The position numbers were made by a program, and so were the translations under genes. A DNA stretch of 64,000 nucleotides from Mobula hypostoma (lineage: Eukaryota). The notes beneath the pieces were generated by a model. That model was not told the origin of the DNA. It saw only the letters and a list, made by a program, of their open reading frames with translations, and made no database searches. Of the stretch, positions 1-13,341 are shown one piece after another; position 1 is the stretch's first letter, and each line of letters starts with the position of its first letter. The stretch spans positions 26,290,001-26,354,000 of the forward strand of contig NC_086118.1 in the NCBI RefSeq assembly GCF_963921235.1, in the 5' to 3' direction.

Positions 1-990
1 GAAAAAGCCTCTGACTATTCACATGATCAATGCCTCTCATCATCTTGTACACCTCTATCAGGTCACCTCTTATCCTCCATCACTCCAAGGAAAAAAGGCC
101 ATGTTCATTCAAACTATTCTCATAAGGCATGCTCCCCAATCCAGGCAACATCTTTGTAAATCTCCTCTGCACCCTTTCTATGGTTTCCACATCCTTCCTG
201 TAGTGAGGCGACCAGAACTGAGCACAGTACTCCCAAGTGGGGTCTGACCAGGGTCCTATATAGCTGCAACATTACCTCTCGGCTCTTAAACTCAATCCCA
301 CGATTGATGAAGGCCAATGCACCGTGTGCCTTCTTAACCACAGAGTCAACCTGCGCAGCAGCTTTGAGTGTCCTATAAAATCAGACACCAAGATCCCTCT
401 GATCCTCTACACTGCCAAGAGTCTTAAAATTAATACTATATTCTGCCATCATATTTGACCTACTAAAATGAACTGCCTCACACTTATCTAGGTTAAACTC
501 CATCTGCCACTTCTCAGCCCAGTTTTGCATCCTATCAATGCCCCACTGTAACCTCTGACAGCCTTCCACACTATCCACAACACCCCCAAACTTTGTGTCA
601 TCAGCAAATTTACTAACCCATCCCTCCACTTCCTCATCCAGGTCATTTATAAAAATCACAAAGAGTAGGGGTCCCAGAACAGAACCCTGAGGCACACCAC
701 TGGTCACCGGCCTCCATGCAGAATATGACCCGTCTACAACCACTCTTTGCCTTCTGTGGGCAAACCAGTTCTGTATCCACAAAGCAATGTCTCCTTGGAT
801 CCCACGCCTCCTTACTTTCTCAATAAGCCTTGCATGGGGTACCTTATCAAATGCCTTGCTGAAATCCATATACACTACATCTACTGCTCTACCTTTATCA
901 ATGCATTTAGTCACATCCTCAAAAGATTCAATCAGGCTCGTAAGGCATGACCTGCCTTTGACAAACCCATGCTGACTATTCCTAATCATA
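1..990 (-). mobile_element. CR1-clade LINE fragment (RT domain and ORF2 C-terminus), 5'-truncated, runs off the window start
   Basis: ORF 381..989 contains QHGFVKGRSCLT, VDVVYMDFSKAFDKVPH, SGVPQGSVLGPLLF and FADDTK; ORF 120..341 contains LYRTLVRPHL. These are typical CR1 ORF2 motifs. Confidence 0.93.
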
Positions 991-3232
991 GTATGTTGTT
1001 CCTATCTAACTTAATTCCCCTCTCATTCATTCATTTAGAAGCCTATGTGCTGCTCGAGTTATGTCTAATGTGAGGAGACGTCACCACTTCACACCTGACA
1101 GTCCAGGTGCAAGAGAATGCTTCCATTTGTGGAGTCTTGGGCACAAACTGCAAATAAATATTAAGTTGTCTTTACCTTGCACGACTGATAGTTTGTTACT
1201 TGGAGCTTGAAACAACCTTGAGAATTTTAACCTGTGGACTGCTACTGTAAAGTAAAATTAATTCAGTAAATAAATAATGTATGTCTGCAGAAATATGCCC
1301 TGAATACACTGATGCACACAAAAGTCTGGGATTACAATTACATAATGAGCCACATTTGACTAAATTCAGATTCATCAAGATGACACTGGTGAACCACAGC
1401 AACGTTCTGCGGGCTACGTACAATACTTCTAAATTCACCTCAGCAGAATTACTCTCACTGCAATCTGCAGCATATAATTTCCCTTTAAGCAATGTACTTT
1501 TAAGTCAACTTAATGATCTACAGATTTCTGAAAGACTTGGTGGACTAAGCAGGTACAGCACCTGTAAGTGGACAAAGGTTCATCGCCATGGCCAGAAGTG
1601 AGGCGGGGGCGGTGGTGAACAGCCAGGCTGTTCCACAGAAGGATGAGGCCCCCTCTACTCAGAATCCTGCTGGCAAATATGCAGTCACTGGAAAACAAAT
1701 CTGAGGACCTGAGGACAAGATTGCTGTATCGGAGGGAAATGAAAAATTATTGTGTTCCATGTATGAGCGAAATATAGCTTTCCACCAGCACGCCAGATAC
1801 AGCGATCACACCCAAAGGCTTCTTAATTTACAGAATGGACCAAACTGCTGATTTAGGAAAGGCAAAAGGAGGAGGTGTGTGTTTCATGATAAACTCTCTC
1901 AGTGGTGTTCCAATGTGGTTTTTTTGTTGAACCCATATTCCCCTGACCTTGAACATCCAATGCCATCCATTCTACTTACTTAGGGAGTTCTCCTCCATAA
2001 TCCTGACTGCAGTTTACATACTTCTTGCGGCCGACTATAATGACCACTTGAGAAATTGCATGATGTCATCTCCAGACAAGAAACAGTCCATCCCAACACA
2101 TTTCGAATCACAGTTGGGTATTTCAACCAAGCCTGCTTGAAGAAAACCCTGCCCAGTTACCAACAACATATAACCTGCAGCACCAGGAGTCCCAACACAC
2201 TAGACCACTGTTAGACTAAGATAAGGAATGCCTACCGTTCTGTGCCCAGACCACATTTCGGGAAATCTGATCACTTGGCTGTCCTTCTCCAACCTGCATG
2301 CAGGCAGAATCTAAAGAGCAAAGCTACAGAGATTAGGAAAACGAAGAGGTGGTCGCTGGAGGCAAAGGATTAGATATTGGATTGCTTCGAGTCGGTGGAC
2401 TGGGCAGTGTTAAAGGACTCATCAGTGGATCTGAATGAATACAGTATGGTCCCCACAAAATCCCCCAGATCTGTAAGAACCACAAGATCCGCAATCTGCT
2501 GACGCCCAGATCAGAGGTATTCAAGTCTGGTGATGAAGAAAGTTACAAGAGGTCCAGGTACGATCTCTGGAAAGCTATCCCACAGGAGAAGTGGCAATTC
2601 TGGACTAAACTTGAATTAACAAAGAATACTCAACAGTTGTGGCAAGGCTTGAATATCACCTCTTATAATGTTAAATCAAGTGACATAGGCGACAAACAGG
2701 GCTTTGCATATAGATGAGCTCATTGCTTTGGATGCCCGCTTTGACTGTCAAAATATGGAGGAACCATCATGAACTCCCATAGCCCCTGATGATCCTGTGA
2801 TTTCAGTCTTTGAGGCTGAATAGCCTTCTGGAGGGGGAACCCATGAAAAGCATCCAGCCCAGATGGAGTACCTGGCCATGTACTAAAAAACTGAGCTTTT
2901 CAACTGACTGGAGTATTCACTGAGATTTTTAACCACTTGCTTCAGCAGTCTGAGGTACCCACCTGCTTCAAACAGACTTCAATTATACCGGTGCCTAAGA
3001 AGAATGTAATAACCTGGCTCAATGACTATCATCCAGTAGCATTTACATCCACAGTGATAAAGTGTTTTCAGAGGTTGGTAATGAAGTGTTTTGAGAGGTT
3101 GGTGATGAAACATATCAACTCCTGCCTGAGAAGTGATATGGATCCACTCCAATTTGCTTACCGGAGCAACACATCCATTTCATTGGCTCTTCACTCAACC
3201 CTGAAACATTTGGACAGCAAAGATGTATATTA

Positions 3233-4782
3233 CAGTGCCTATAAAAAGTATTCGCCCCCATCCCCCTTCAACATTTCCAAGTTTTATTGTTTTACTTCAT
3301 TGAATCACAGTGGATTTAATTTGGCTTTTTTTGGACACTGTTCAACAGAAAAAGACTCTTTCATGTCAAAGTGAAAACAGATCTCTACAAGGTGATCTAA
3401 ATTAATTATAAATATAAAACACAAAATTACTGATTGCATAAGTATTCACCCACTTTAATATGACACACCAAATCATCACTGGTGCAGCCAATTGGTTTTA
3501 GAAGTCACATCATTAGTTAAAGGAAATCACTAGTGTACCGTGTTTCAACTGATTGTAGTAAAAATACACCTGTATCTGCAAGGTCCAACTGCTGGTGAGT
3601 CAGTATCCTGGCAAAAACTGCACAATGAAGATAAAAGAACAGTCCAAACAACTCTGCAAAAAGGTTATTGAAAAGCACAAGTCAGGAGAATTTCCAAGTC
3701 ACTGAATATCCCCTGGAGTATAGTTAAGTCAATCATCAAGAGGTGGAAAGAAAATGGCACAGCTGTAAATCTGCCTCGAACAGGATGTTTTCAAATACGG
3801 TGTGATCATGCAAGAAGGGAACTAGTGAGGGAGGCCTATGACAAAACTGGAGGGGTTATAAGCTTCAGTGGCTGAGATGGGAGAGACTGCACATACAACT
3901 GTTGCCCGGGTGCTTCACCAGTCGCAGCTTTATGTAAGAGTGCCAAAGAGAAAGCCACTATTGAAAAAAAACTCACATGTAATCTTGGCTAAAGCTTGCC
4001 AGAAGGCATAAGGGGTCTCTGAAGTCAGCTGGAATAATGTTCTACAGTCTGATGAAACCAAAATTGAGCTTTTTGGCCATCAGACTAGATGCTTTGATTG
4101 GCATAAACCAAACACCACACATCATCAAAAACATACCATTCCTACCATGAAGCATGGTGGTGGCTACATCATGCTGTGGTGTTGTTTCACTGCAGAAGGT
4201 AGAGGGTAAAATGAATGCAGCAAAATACAGGGAAATCCTGGAGGGAAACCTGATGCAGTCCGCAAGAGAACTGTGACTTGAAAGAAGATAATGAGCCAAA
4301 GCTACACAGGAATGGCTTAAAAACAACAAAGTTAATGTTCTGGAGTGGACAAGCCAGAATCCAGACTTCAATCCAATTGAGAATTTGTGGCTGGACTTGA
4401 AAAGAGTTCTTCACTCATGATCCACATGCCATCTGACAGAGCTTGAGTAGTTTTGTAAAGAAGAATGGGGACAAACTGCAGTGTCCAGATATGCAGACCT
4501 ATCCACACAGACTCAAGGTTGTAATTGCTGCCAAAGATGCATCTACTAAATACTGACTTGAAGAAGGCGAGTAATTATGCAATCAATTGTTTTGCGTTTA
4601 ACAATTGAAACAAATTTACACCAAATTGTAGAAATTTGTTTTCACTTTTATATAAAAGAGTCTTTTTCAGTTATCAGTGTCAAAATAAAAGCCAAATTAA
4701 ATCCACTGTGATTCAATGTTGTAAAACAATAAAACATGAAAACTTCCGGAGGGGGGGATGTGAGTACTTTTTATAGGCACTG
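3233..4782 (+). mobile_element. Tc1-family DNA transposon with long (~220 bp) IR/DR-type inverted repeats; transposase pseudogene
   Basis: TA|CAGTGCCTATAAAAAGTA...TACTTTTTATAGGCACTG|TA. Transposase remnants: [33 protein letters not shown]. Confidence 0.95.
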
Positions 4783-5499
4783 TATCAGCATGGTCTTTAT
4801 CGATTACAGCTTGGCACTCAATACTATCTTCCCCTCAAAACTAATTAATAAGTTTCAAGACCTTGGCCTCAATACTTAGTTGGGCAATTGGATCCTTGAT
4901 TTCCTCACTTGCAGACCCCAGTTAGTTAGTTTGGATTGGCAACAATATCTCCTCCACAATCTCCATCAGCACAGGTACACCACAAGGCTGTGGGGTTAGC
5001 CATCTGCTCTACTCCGTTACACTTATGACTGTGTGCTAAACACAGCACCAATGCCATATTTAAGTTTGCTCATGACACCATTTTTGTTGGCCGAATCAAG
5101 TGTGGTGACGAATCAGCATATAAGAGGGAGATTTATAATCTGGCTGAGTGGTGCCTTAACAACAACCTCTCTCTCAATATCAACATGACCAAAGAGCTGA
5201 TTATTGACTTCAGGAGGAGGAAAGCAGAAGTCCATGAGCCAGGCCTCATCGAAGGATCAGCAACTTTAAATTCCTCGTTTTACTATTTTTGTAGTAATCT
5301 GTCCTGGGCCTAGCACATGAGTACAATTACTAAGAAGGCACAGTGGTGTCTCTACTTCCTGAGGAGTTTGCAAAGATTCTGCAAAACATCAAAAACTTTT
5401 ACAATTTCCTAAAGATGTGCAGTGGGGAGTATATTGCCTGGCTACATCACAACCTGGTGTGGAAACAATAAAGCCCTTGAACAGAAACTCCTACAAAAT

Positions 5500-6032
5500 A
5501 TTTTTACCTTAGTTAGACTCCACTTAGAGTACTGGGTTCACTTCTGGTCACCTCACTACAGGAAGGATATGGATACAATACAAACAGAGTGCAGAGAGGA
5601 TTTACAAGGATGTTGCCTGGATTGGAGAGTGCGCTTATGAGAACAGGTTGAGTGAATTTGGCCTTTTCTCCTTGGAGCAACGGAGGATGAGAGGTGACCT
5701 GATAGAGATGTACAAGATGATGTGAGGCATTGATCATGTGGATAGCCAGAGGCTTCTTCCCAGGGCTGAAATGGCTAACACAAGGGGGCATAGTTTTAAG
5801 GTGCTTCGAAGTGGTACAAGGGTATGTCAGAGGTAAGTTTTTCCATACAGAGAGTAGTGAGTGTGTGGAATGCAGTGGTAGACATAGATACAATAGGATC
5901 TTTTAAGAGACTCTTAGATAGCTACAGAGAGCTTAGAAAAATAGAGGGCGATGCGGTAGGCGAATTCTAGGCAGTTTCTAGAGTAGGTTAGATGGTTGGC
6001 ACAATATTGTGGGCTGTAGATTTCTGTTTCTA
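5500..6032 (+). mobile_element. CR1 3' fragment nested in the Rex1 element
   Basis: LVRLHLEYWVHFWSPHYRKD, RMRGDLIEMYKMM and a CR1-type 3' tail. The Rex1 reading resumes at ~6035. Confidence 0.85.
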
Positions 6033-7209
6033 TATAAATTGTAGTGGATATGGACCAGTACATTACAGGTAATGCCCTCCCCACCATTGAGCACACCTAC
6101 ATGAAGCGTTGTCACATGAAAGCAGCATTCGTTATCAGGGACCCCCACCACCACCCAGGTCATGTTCTCATGGACCTCCAGTTTACTCCTCCTGAAATTA
6201 ACAATCAGCTCCTTGGCCCTGCTCTCTTGAAGTAAGAAGTGTGATGGCTGGTGCTGGATTTTCCTTCAATCTGAACATGTTAAGATTTATATCAGGTTAA
6301 AATAAATTCAGTTGTTTGTTTAAAACAAATACTAGATGGATATTCAATCCTGACATTTTAATTATCAATCTAGGAATGCAGATGTTTTGCTTTTTTAAAG
6401 AAACTGCCACCAACACCTTTGTGAGGTTTTTCTCTTGGATACTAATTCCCTCCTCGATAATGAGATGCCATCCTTCATTTATAATTCTTCCAGTGACGTG
6501 GTTTACTGTCTGCTTTAATACACGCTTCACATTAGACTGGTGACTTAAACAAAATATTATCTTCTGCCAACAACCCCATCAGCGTTCCTACAGCTTTTAA
6601 AGATTTCTTCATTTTTCTCCCTTTTTTTATTAGGCAGTTGTCTGATCTGTTCCTCATGTGACTATTATTCTTTTGTTTCGTTAACTGCAGGAGTTCCTCA
6701 GGACAGAATTTCAAGCCTAAACACTTCATTAGTTTCTTCCTTCCACTATTAGGCTAAGCTTAAGTTTAGGAGAATTTAAGGTCAGTTCGGCAAAATATTC
6801 CATTCCTCTGCTGTACCATGTTCTAAGCAGAGGTGTTCACAGATTATTCCACTGTGTTCAGGTCCATGTAAAGGTGCTTGTTCAGGTGCTTGTAAAATGA
6901 AACAGTCCAAATCTACATGCAGCAAGCCCCAGACAACATTCGGGCATGGCTAGTAAGTGAAAACTGGGAGGTGCCAGGCAATTAAGTTCTTGATGAAACG
7001 GATCAATATTTATGGATATTGATGGTCTGCACGGACATGATGTCTCAAAACTCTGTCCCAGAATTGTATGAATGAAAACTACAGAACTCTTGATATTCAA
7101 TAGGAATACCTTCAAGACCTTCATAAATGATATGAAAGATTAAATGGACCAACTGATTAAGTACAGTGGCACATTGCATATCAGAGGTTAGGAATCTTGG
7201 AGTAACTCT

Positions 7210-7293
7210 ACAAACAAGCGAAAATCTGCAGATGCTGGAAATCTGAGCAACACACACAAAATGCTGGAGGAGCTCAGCATTTTGTGTGTGTTG
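7210..7293. mobile_element. 84 bp fold-back Penelope terminal-repeat insertion with TSD
   Basis: AGCAACACACACAAAATGCTG-GAGGAGCT-CAGCATTTTGTGTGTGTTGCT hairpin. Flanks CTTGGAGTAACTCT (7196-7209) and CTTGGAATCACTCT (7294-7307). Confidence 0.75.
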
Positions 7294-7802
7294 CTTGGAA
7301 TCACTCTCTTATTTTTCAACACCTTTCCAACACATAAAAAGAGCCCAAATTTGTACTGTGATGGAATACTGTTTAATTTTCTGGGTGATTGCAACTCAGC
7401 TCAAGAACCACACAGCCATCTAAGTCATCACAATCTGTTTGATTTACGTATCACTCATTTCCTTCCACCCTCTAAATACTCGTTCCTTCTACCACCGACA
7501 CACTGCTGTCGTATGCTTAGAGCACTTTCCAAGGCCATGACTTCTACCACTAAGATGGACAAAGGCACTGAAACTATCACCCTCAAGGTCACTCAACATC
7601 CAGACTTGGAAATACACTGCAATATCTTCCCTGTCATTTGGTCTAATTTTAAGAAGTAAAATCCTATTTATTAAGGAAATCAAGGAACGATGTGTTTGTG
7701 AAGTGAAGCAGTGCCACGAAGAAAATGATACAAGAGGCCGAATGAACTACTTCTGCTTCTATTTCATACAATTGTCTACAAGAGGAGTGTAGTTATTTTA
7801 TT

Positions 7803-8068
7803 AGAAATACAGTGTGGCGTAGGAACCTCTGGCTCTTCGAGCTGTATCACCCAGCAACCCCTGACAACTCTCAATTTAATCCAAACCTAACCATGGGACA
7901 ATTTACAATGACCAGTACATCTTTGGACAGTGGGCGAGAACCAGAGAAAACCCACGCATTCTACGGGGTGGGGCGGGGGATGTACAGACTCCTTACAGAG
8001 AATGCCGGGAGTGAACTCTGAATTCTGACATCCCGGCTTTAATAGCATCGCGCTAACTGCTACGCTAT
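7803..8068 (-). mobile_element. V-SINE (HE1-like), decayed
   Basis: Reverse complement shows a tRNA-like head, the V-domain-like GGAGTCTGTACA...TGCGTGGGTTTTCTCTGG...CCCACTGTCCAAAGATGTAC, and a CR1-like tail. Confidence 0.7.
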
Positions 8069-9657
8069 TACAGGACTACCTTCAAGGAGGTTCAAGAGGG
8101 CGGCACCTTCTTAAAGAATTAGAGATAGGCACTAAGTGCTGGTCTTGGCCAGCACACCTATGTCCTGTAAATAAATATACAGGAAAGAATAAGAAAGTGA
8201 AATAGAAACAAAGCAAGTTATACAGAGGGCATTTCAATTATTTTTCTTTATGAGTGAAGACATAGCTAATCAACAAATCAATAAATTAATCATGATTAAA
8301 TAGTCTTTGCTATTTGTGTGGTCTTTCATGCTATTCACATTAAACAAACTAACAACCCTACTCAGCACCTTAAACATACATTACATTAAAAACAAAGGAC
8401 TTCTTTTAATAGATTAATTTATGGTCCAGAAATTATATGCAAAAATCACATTTTGAAACACTGGATTTTATTAACAGAAAGTGAACCCGACAAGTTAAAT
8501 CTATTCTGATGAAACTAGGGTGAAACATTTCATTATGCTTTGAATAAGAAATGCAATGTAAGTTGCACGACATTAATTTAAATTCAACAGGTACTCTGTC
8601 ATTGTAACCAGCAAGGAATATTTCTGCAAGAGGCCATATTTTAAAAGCATTTAATGGTTAGTGAAAATGAAAGCCAATATTTCAATGCAAGCTTGTTGTA
8701 TTTAATTTTTGGAGTTAATATTGTTTTTTTATATATCATAGTAAATGTGTAATGGTTCTCCATTTTGTACGATGTAAAATAGTTCTAAAATATATTAAAT
8801 TAGTGCTTTTTCCTCCTTGGATTGATGATTGTGAGAATTCTATGTGATTCTGACTTAAGCTGTCACAGTGATATTACAGCTAATGAATCCCTTTGAACTT
8901 ACAATCGATGGCAACAGATGTTGGAAAAAAGGAAGCTCAGATCACAGAGATGACTAAATCTGGTAAATAAATTTCATTGCAGTCAATGAACATCCATGTT
9001 TCACTGCTATATTTGTCAGTAAATTTGATAAAACAATTATGTTTGCATTAAACCAACCTTGCCTTTACTGTTCCAGAGAGAACAAAACAAAATGCATTAG
9101 AAGCTTATAAAGAGGGAAATACTTTTCCTAGGAACCTTCAAAGCTGTTGCTGCTGTACCTGTGGGATTCTCGATTTATTTCCTAAGTATTCAAGATAATT
9201 AAAAATTTATCCCTCCCCACTTATGTATCAAATGTGTTCCCCTATATCTGATTATGAGCAACAACATGTCATGTCCATTATTACTGAAGTTTTGAGGTGT
9301 AGCCTTAATACCAATGGCTTCATATTGTCACATATGCAAATTTGACTCAGCTTCACAAAGTTTGCATTGCAAAATATGTCGTTATATCTGCCAATTACCT
9401 TTGTTTCATTTTAAGACATCTGGCGCATTGCATTCAGAGCTCATGATATGGTTTTCTCTGTATTGGGAAAAAAACAACAACAGATTGGGTGGCTGCTTTG
9501 CCATACACTCCTTTTCAATATGCATACTTGATCCCAGATGTCCATCACTTTATTTCTGAAATCTATTCCCTCTCTGACCTCCTTATCTTTGACATGGTGC
9601 AGTTTCAACAAAAACCCCAACGTTAACTCAATGAAGAGCTCATTTTCCGGTTAATCG

Positions 9658-11006
9658 TCTTCCAGTTAAGATGGCGCGACCAAATGTGTGTGACAGCTTC
9701 CGATCGTCAAAAAGCTAAGAAATCAGATTGAAAACATCACTAGAAATACCTTTTCGGAGGTAAATTGTGTTCAATTACCGCTGCAAACAGTGAAGGGATA
9801 AGCGATGGAGAGGCTAGTTCAGAGGATGAGCTGAGATGGTGTGTTGCAGAATCGTTTCAAATGGAATTCTGATTCCTGTACAGCTGGCCCGGGAGTGAAG
9901 TCAGATTGATCTGGGTGCCAAACGGAGAAGTCGGGGCCTAGGCAGAGCAGTTCTGACGCTTGTTCAACTGGCTCGGTTGCAAGGTTGGATCACTCGGGGC
10001 AGCGAAAGGAGAAGTTGGGGCCCTGGGCAGAGGAGATTCGGTGCCTGTATGACTGGCAAAGGTACCAGGTTGGATAGTTTGGGGCACCAAGAGGAGAAGT
10101 CGGAGCCTGGGCAGAGGAGATTCAGTGCCTGTACAACTGGCCCGGTTGCAAGGTTGGATCACTCGGGGCACCGAAAGGAGAAGTTGGGGTCCTGGGCAGA
10201 GGAGATTCGGTGCCCGTATGACTGGCAAGGGTACAAGGTTGGATAGCTCGTGGCGCCAAAAGGAGGTTGGAGCCTGGGCGGAGGAGATTCGGTGCCTGGT
10301 TGTGAGGCTGGATTGCTCTTGGCGCTAGATTGATTGGAAGAACTTGAGAGCAGCTTCGGCCTGGGTGATGTAATCTGGGCCCAGAGCAAGTAGTTGGGCG
10401 GCATGGTCTAGGCCCAGAGCCTTACACAGTAGCTGGGTCCTAATGCGAGGTACAATATGCTGTTTGGACAATTTAAATGCCGGCCTAGATTAGAGGCAAG
10501 AACCAATTTTGTTCACTCTCGGCGATCTTCACTCCTCTCTCCAGGGAGCCAGAGCCTTTTGCTGTTCCATTATTGGGTCTATTTAAACACTGGCACAGGT
10601 AGACTGAAAAGACAGGGTGTCGGTCAGGATGAAAGCCAAATGCACTTGTTCTCCGGCATAATCATCTCCATGGTGATGTGGCTATGAAGACTACCCCAGT
10701 TGCTGAGCTCTGTGCCCACTAATATGATGAAATGTCAAGCAAGGCTTTGTGCCTAACTCTAGGCTACTCCAGGGTTCAGATCTGAGGAACCAATTTTGGT
10801 TCAGAGTGCTGCTGTTCGTTTCAACTGTTTGCATGATCTTTATTTTTGCTTTCTCTTACGCATCGGGTGTTGGTCTTTTCTTTTTATTCTTTTTTTTCTT
10901 TAATTTGAATCTTTCAGGTTTCTTGCTTTGTGGCTACCTGTGAACAAGTATATCTCAAAGTTGTATAATGTACACATTCTTTGAGAATAAATGAATCTTG
11001 AATCTT
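9658..11006 (+). mobile_element. Putative non-autonomous Rex1-dependent retroelement with internal tandem repeats
   Basis: Starts CTTCCAGTTAAGATGGCG; ends ATCTCAAAGTTGTATAATGTACACATTCTTTGAGAATAAATGAATCTTGAATCTT, similar to the Rex1 tail at 37770-37835. No protein motif. Confidence 0.55.
9885..10385 (+). repeat. Tandem array of ~85 bp monomers with a 169 bp dimer period
   Basis: GGTTGCAAGGTTGGATCACTCGGGGCA at 9975 and 10144; CCTGGGCAGAGGAGATTC recurs about every 85 bp. Confidence 0.85.
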
Positions 11007-12702
11007 CCTCTAAATAGGCACATTGTAGTCGTTTTTAAATTATGAGGATTTTATGCCTTTGTGTCTCAAATTGCCTATTCCCAGTTGTTTCCTCCATTTT
11101 CTGCTAGTAATCTCACACATTGACACTTCTCCTGGCTTTCCTTTCCTTTAATTATTCACTATGCCCCGCCACTCTTTCATCTGGCTCTATTCCTCCAATT
11201 GCCATTCTGTGGATTTGCTCTCAGCTATTGTTTGTGTTCAGCATTTTCTGCCCCTATTTCAGATTTCCAGTATTTTGGTTTTGATTGCACATTTTTAAAA
11301 AACACAGTTGACAAATGCTTTCAAGTAATTTTTAATAATGGAGGCAAAACTCTTTGAAAGCAAAGAGAATAATCCCTATGCATACTGTTAAAGTCTCAAT
11401 ATCACCCATACTGAACTAGATCTTGCTGTGATCTGGCATCTTGCAAAGCATCCCACTAAGTTTGACCTTTTCTCCTGCTGTCTTCTGTCAGTACATTTTT
11501 CCGGAGTAATGAAATATAAGGACAATGGGGCAGCTAGTACACACTATCAGCTTCATCAAGAAACACAGAAAAATAGATGGAAACAACTTAGAAAATAATG
11601 TTACTCAGAGTACAGACAGGAAGATTGGATTGAGAGAAAGAGAGAAAAAAAATGACCAGAAACAAAACCATAAATGCAAAAAATATTACAATTTTACAAT
11701 TCCATTGCTGCATAGGCAATGAGACTAAGACCATTAAATAGTGCTCTTTGCAGGCCAGAGAGGTTAAATATCTTTTTATTACCAATTATCACACCATTTA
11801 TAAGGTACTTACTCTCTCTATTACCAGGCTTAACTTTCTGCAGTGAATTTCTTTTTTTCTTTAGAGTACAAATCCAGTCAGTCCTTAAATTAATGGCAAG
11901 GTTAAGAACTTTATTCTATTTGTGTGAAGCAAATGATAGAATGGAAAATATAATTCTAATTTGGTCTATTTGATCAGAAAACCATGGATATTACAACCTC
12001 CCAGGACTTACTATCCAATTACAGGCTTAAAGCAACAGCAAATAGGAGAGTCTGGATCAATAATTAATTTTGGATGATCCGACAAAATCGATCTGTCCCT
12101 GTTAGGCAAATAAAACTTCTGAGGCAGTAGTTTCCCACCTAAATTATACTTACCTCCCTGGGACTGAAGCAGTTCCTCTGGTAACATGTCAGAATACCTA
12201 AGGAGGAATATCAGCACCATCATCTTCAAGGGAAGGGGCAAACTTGATGACTCATCTCATTGCTTAAGGGGGGTGGGAGTTCAAGATTCTCTCCAAAGTC
12301 ACTGTCAAGTACGTCATGTCTGTTTGGACCTGGTGATTCACCTTCACTGTGTGCATCTGCGACCAATTCTACTCGGCCTCTTTCATTTCATGGAGATCAG
12401 AAATGGACTTTGGCCACAAACAAAGTACATATTTCCACAGAAATATGCTTGCTGCGGTATTGATCCTGAAGCTCCCTTAGTGTGGATACAGTATATATAA
12501 TTTGATAATAATTGTGTTCTGCATCAAGCAATCCATCGTCTTCAAGGACATAAATGCCAGGTATAAGGCCAGACTAAGATTCTTTCTGTCTCCAGTGCTG
12601 CAAGAGTAAGTCTAGCTCTATTGCCCCAAAACATTTCTCACAGCTGGACTGCCATTCTCTGTGCAAATGAACAATAGACCAGAAGATGTCTTTGTGTGTA
12701 TT

Positions 12703-12852
12703 ATGTAAGATATAGGAAAAGAATTAGGCCATTTGGCCCATCGAGTCTGCCCCACCATTTCATCAAGGATAATCCGTTTTTCCTCTCAGCCCCAATCACC
12801 TGCCTTTCCCCGTATCCATTCATCCCCCAACCAATCAAGAAGTTATCAACAT
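12703..12852 (-). mobile_element. Short CR1 3' tail
   Basis: TAAGATATAGGAAAAGAATTAGGCCATTTGGCCCATCGAGTCTGC is the reverse complement of a tail like the CR1 3' end at 55700-55750. Confidence 0.7.
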
Positions 12853-13341
12853 ATCTGACTAAAAGTCAACTAGGTTGTGTATTGCTTGGAATGTTCTCAA
12901 GGGTCTGAGACTATGAAAATGGGGGAGCCTGTCAGACAGTTCTTTGAGTACTGGTACAGCACAGACATGTTGAGCTGAGGGACCAGATGTAAATGAGCTG
13001 CTGGCCTTGACAGGAAAAGACAAGTGCAGATAATTTAATCTTGATACTTTTGATTAATTTATAGAATTCAAACTGATAATCAGAAAACATTTATTTTCAG
13101 AGTTTCCCAATACAGGAACAAAGAAAGGCATGTTAACTAAGTTTACTGTTTCAATTATTTAATTACTTTTGAATAATTAGACTGTCAGGTGGCCAGCAGG
13201 ATAGTCCAGGGAATGAGAGATGTGGAGAGTGAATCCTCGGGCCATAAAAGCTTCAGCCAGATGAAATGCATTGTCAATGCAATCTGGTCCTAATAAATCA
13301 CCGTGTAACAAACTATGTAAGTGTACACTGACTTAAATGGC

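Larger units (their letters stand above)
1372..6168 (+). mobile_element. Near full-length, decayed Rex1/Babar LINE interrupted by a Tc1 (3233-4782) and a CR1 3' fragment (~5500-6032)
   Basis: 5' CAAGATGAC at ~1376; N-terminal TSAELLSLQ; endonuclease start ILLANMQSLENK (~1663); RT PTCFKQTSIIPVPKK...DPLQFAYR (2937-3230), which continues after the Tc1 as SMVFIDYS; C-terminal KAAFVIRDPHHHPGH (6044-6168). Confidence 0.85.

Noticed and set aside
1281..1601. 106 aa ORF as a host gene
   Set aside because: Most of it lies in the Rex1 5' region and leads into the endonuclease motif; the overlapping minus-strand ORF has no recognisable motif.
6240..7200. Cluster of short ORFs in unique sequence
   Set aside because: No recognisable domain and no convincing splice-site pair; lengths fit chance.
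9938..10404. Repetitive ORFs as a repeat protein
   Set aside because: The 169 bp period is not a multiple of three, so the same peptide appears in shifting frames.
12150..12480. Minus-strand exon ending at a GAG|GTAAGTA donor (~12153)
   Set aside because: All frames I translated upstream contain stops, and I recognise no protein motif.
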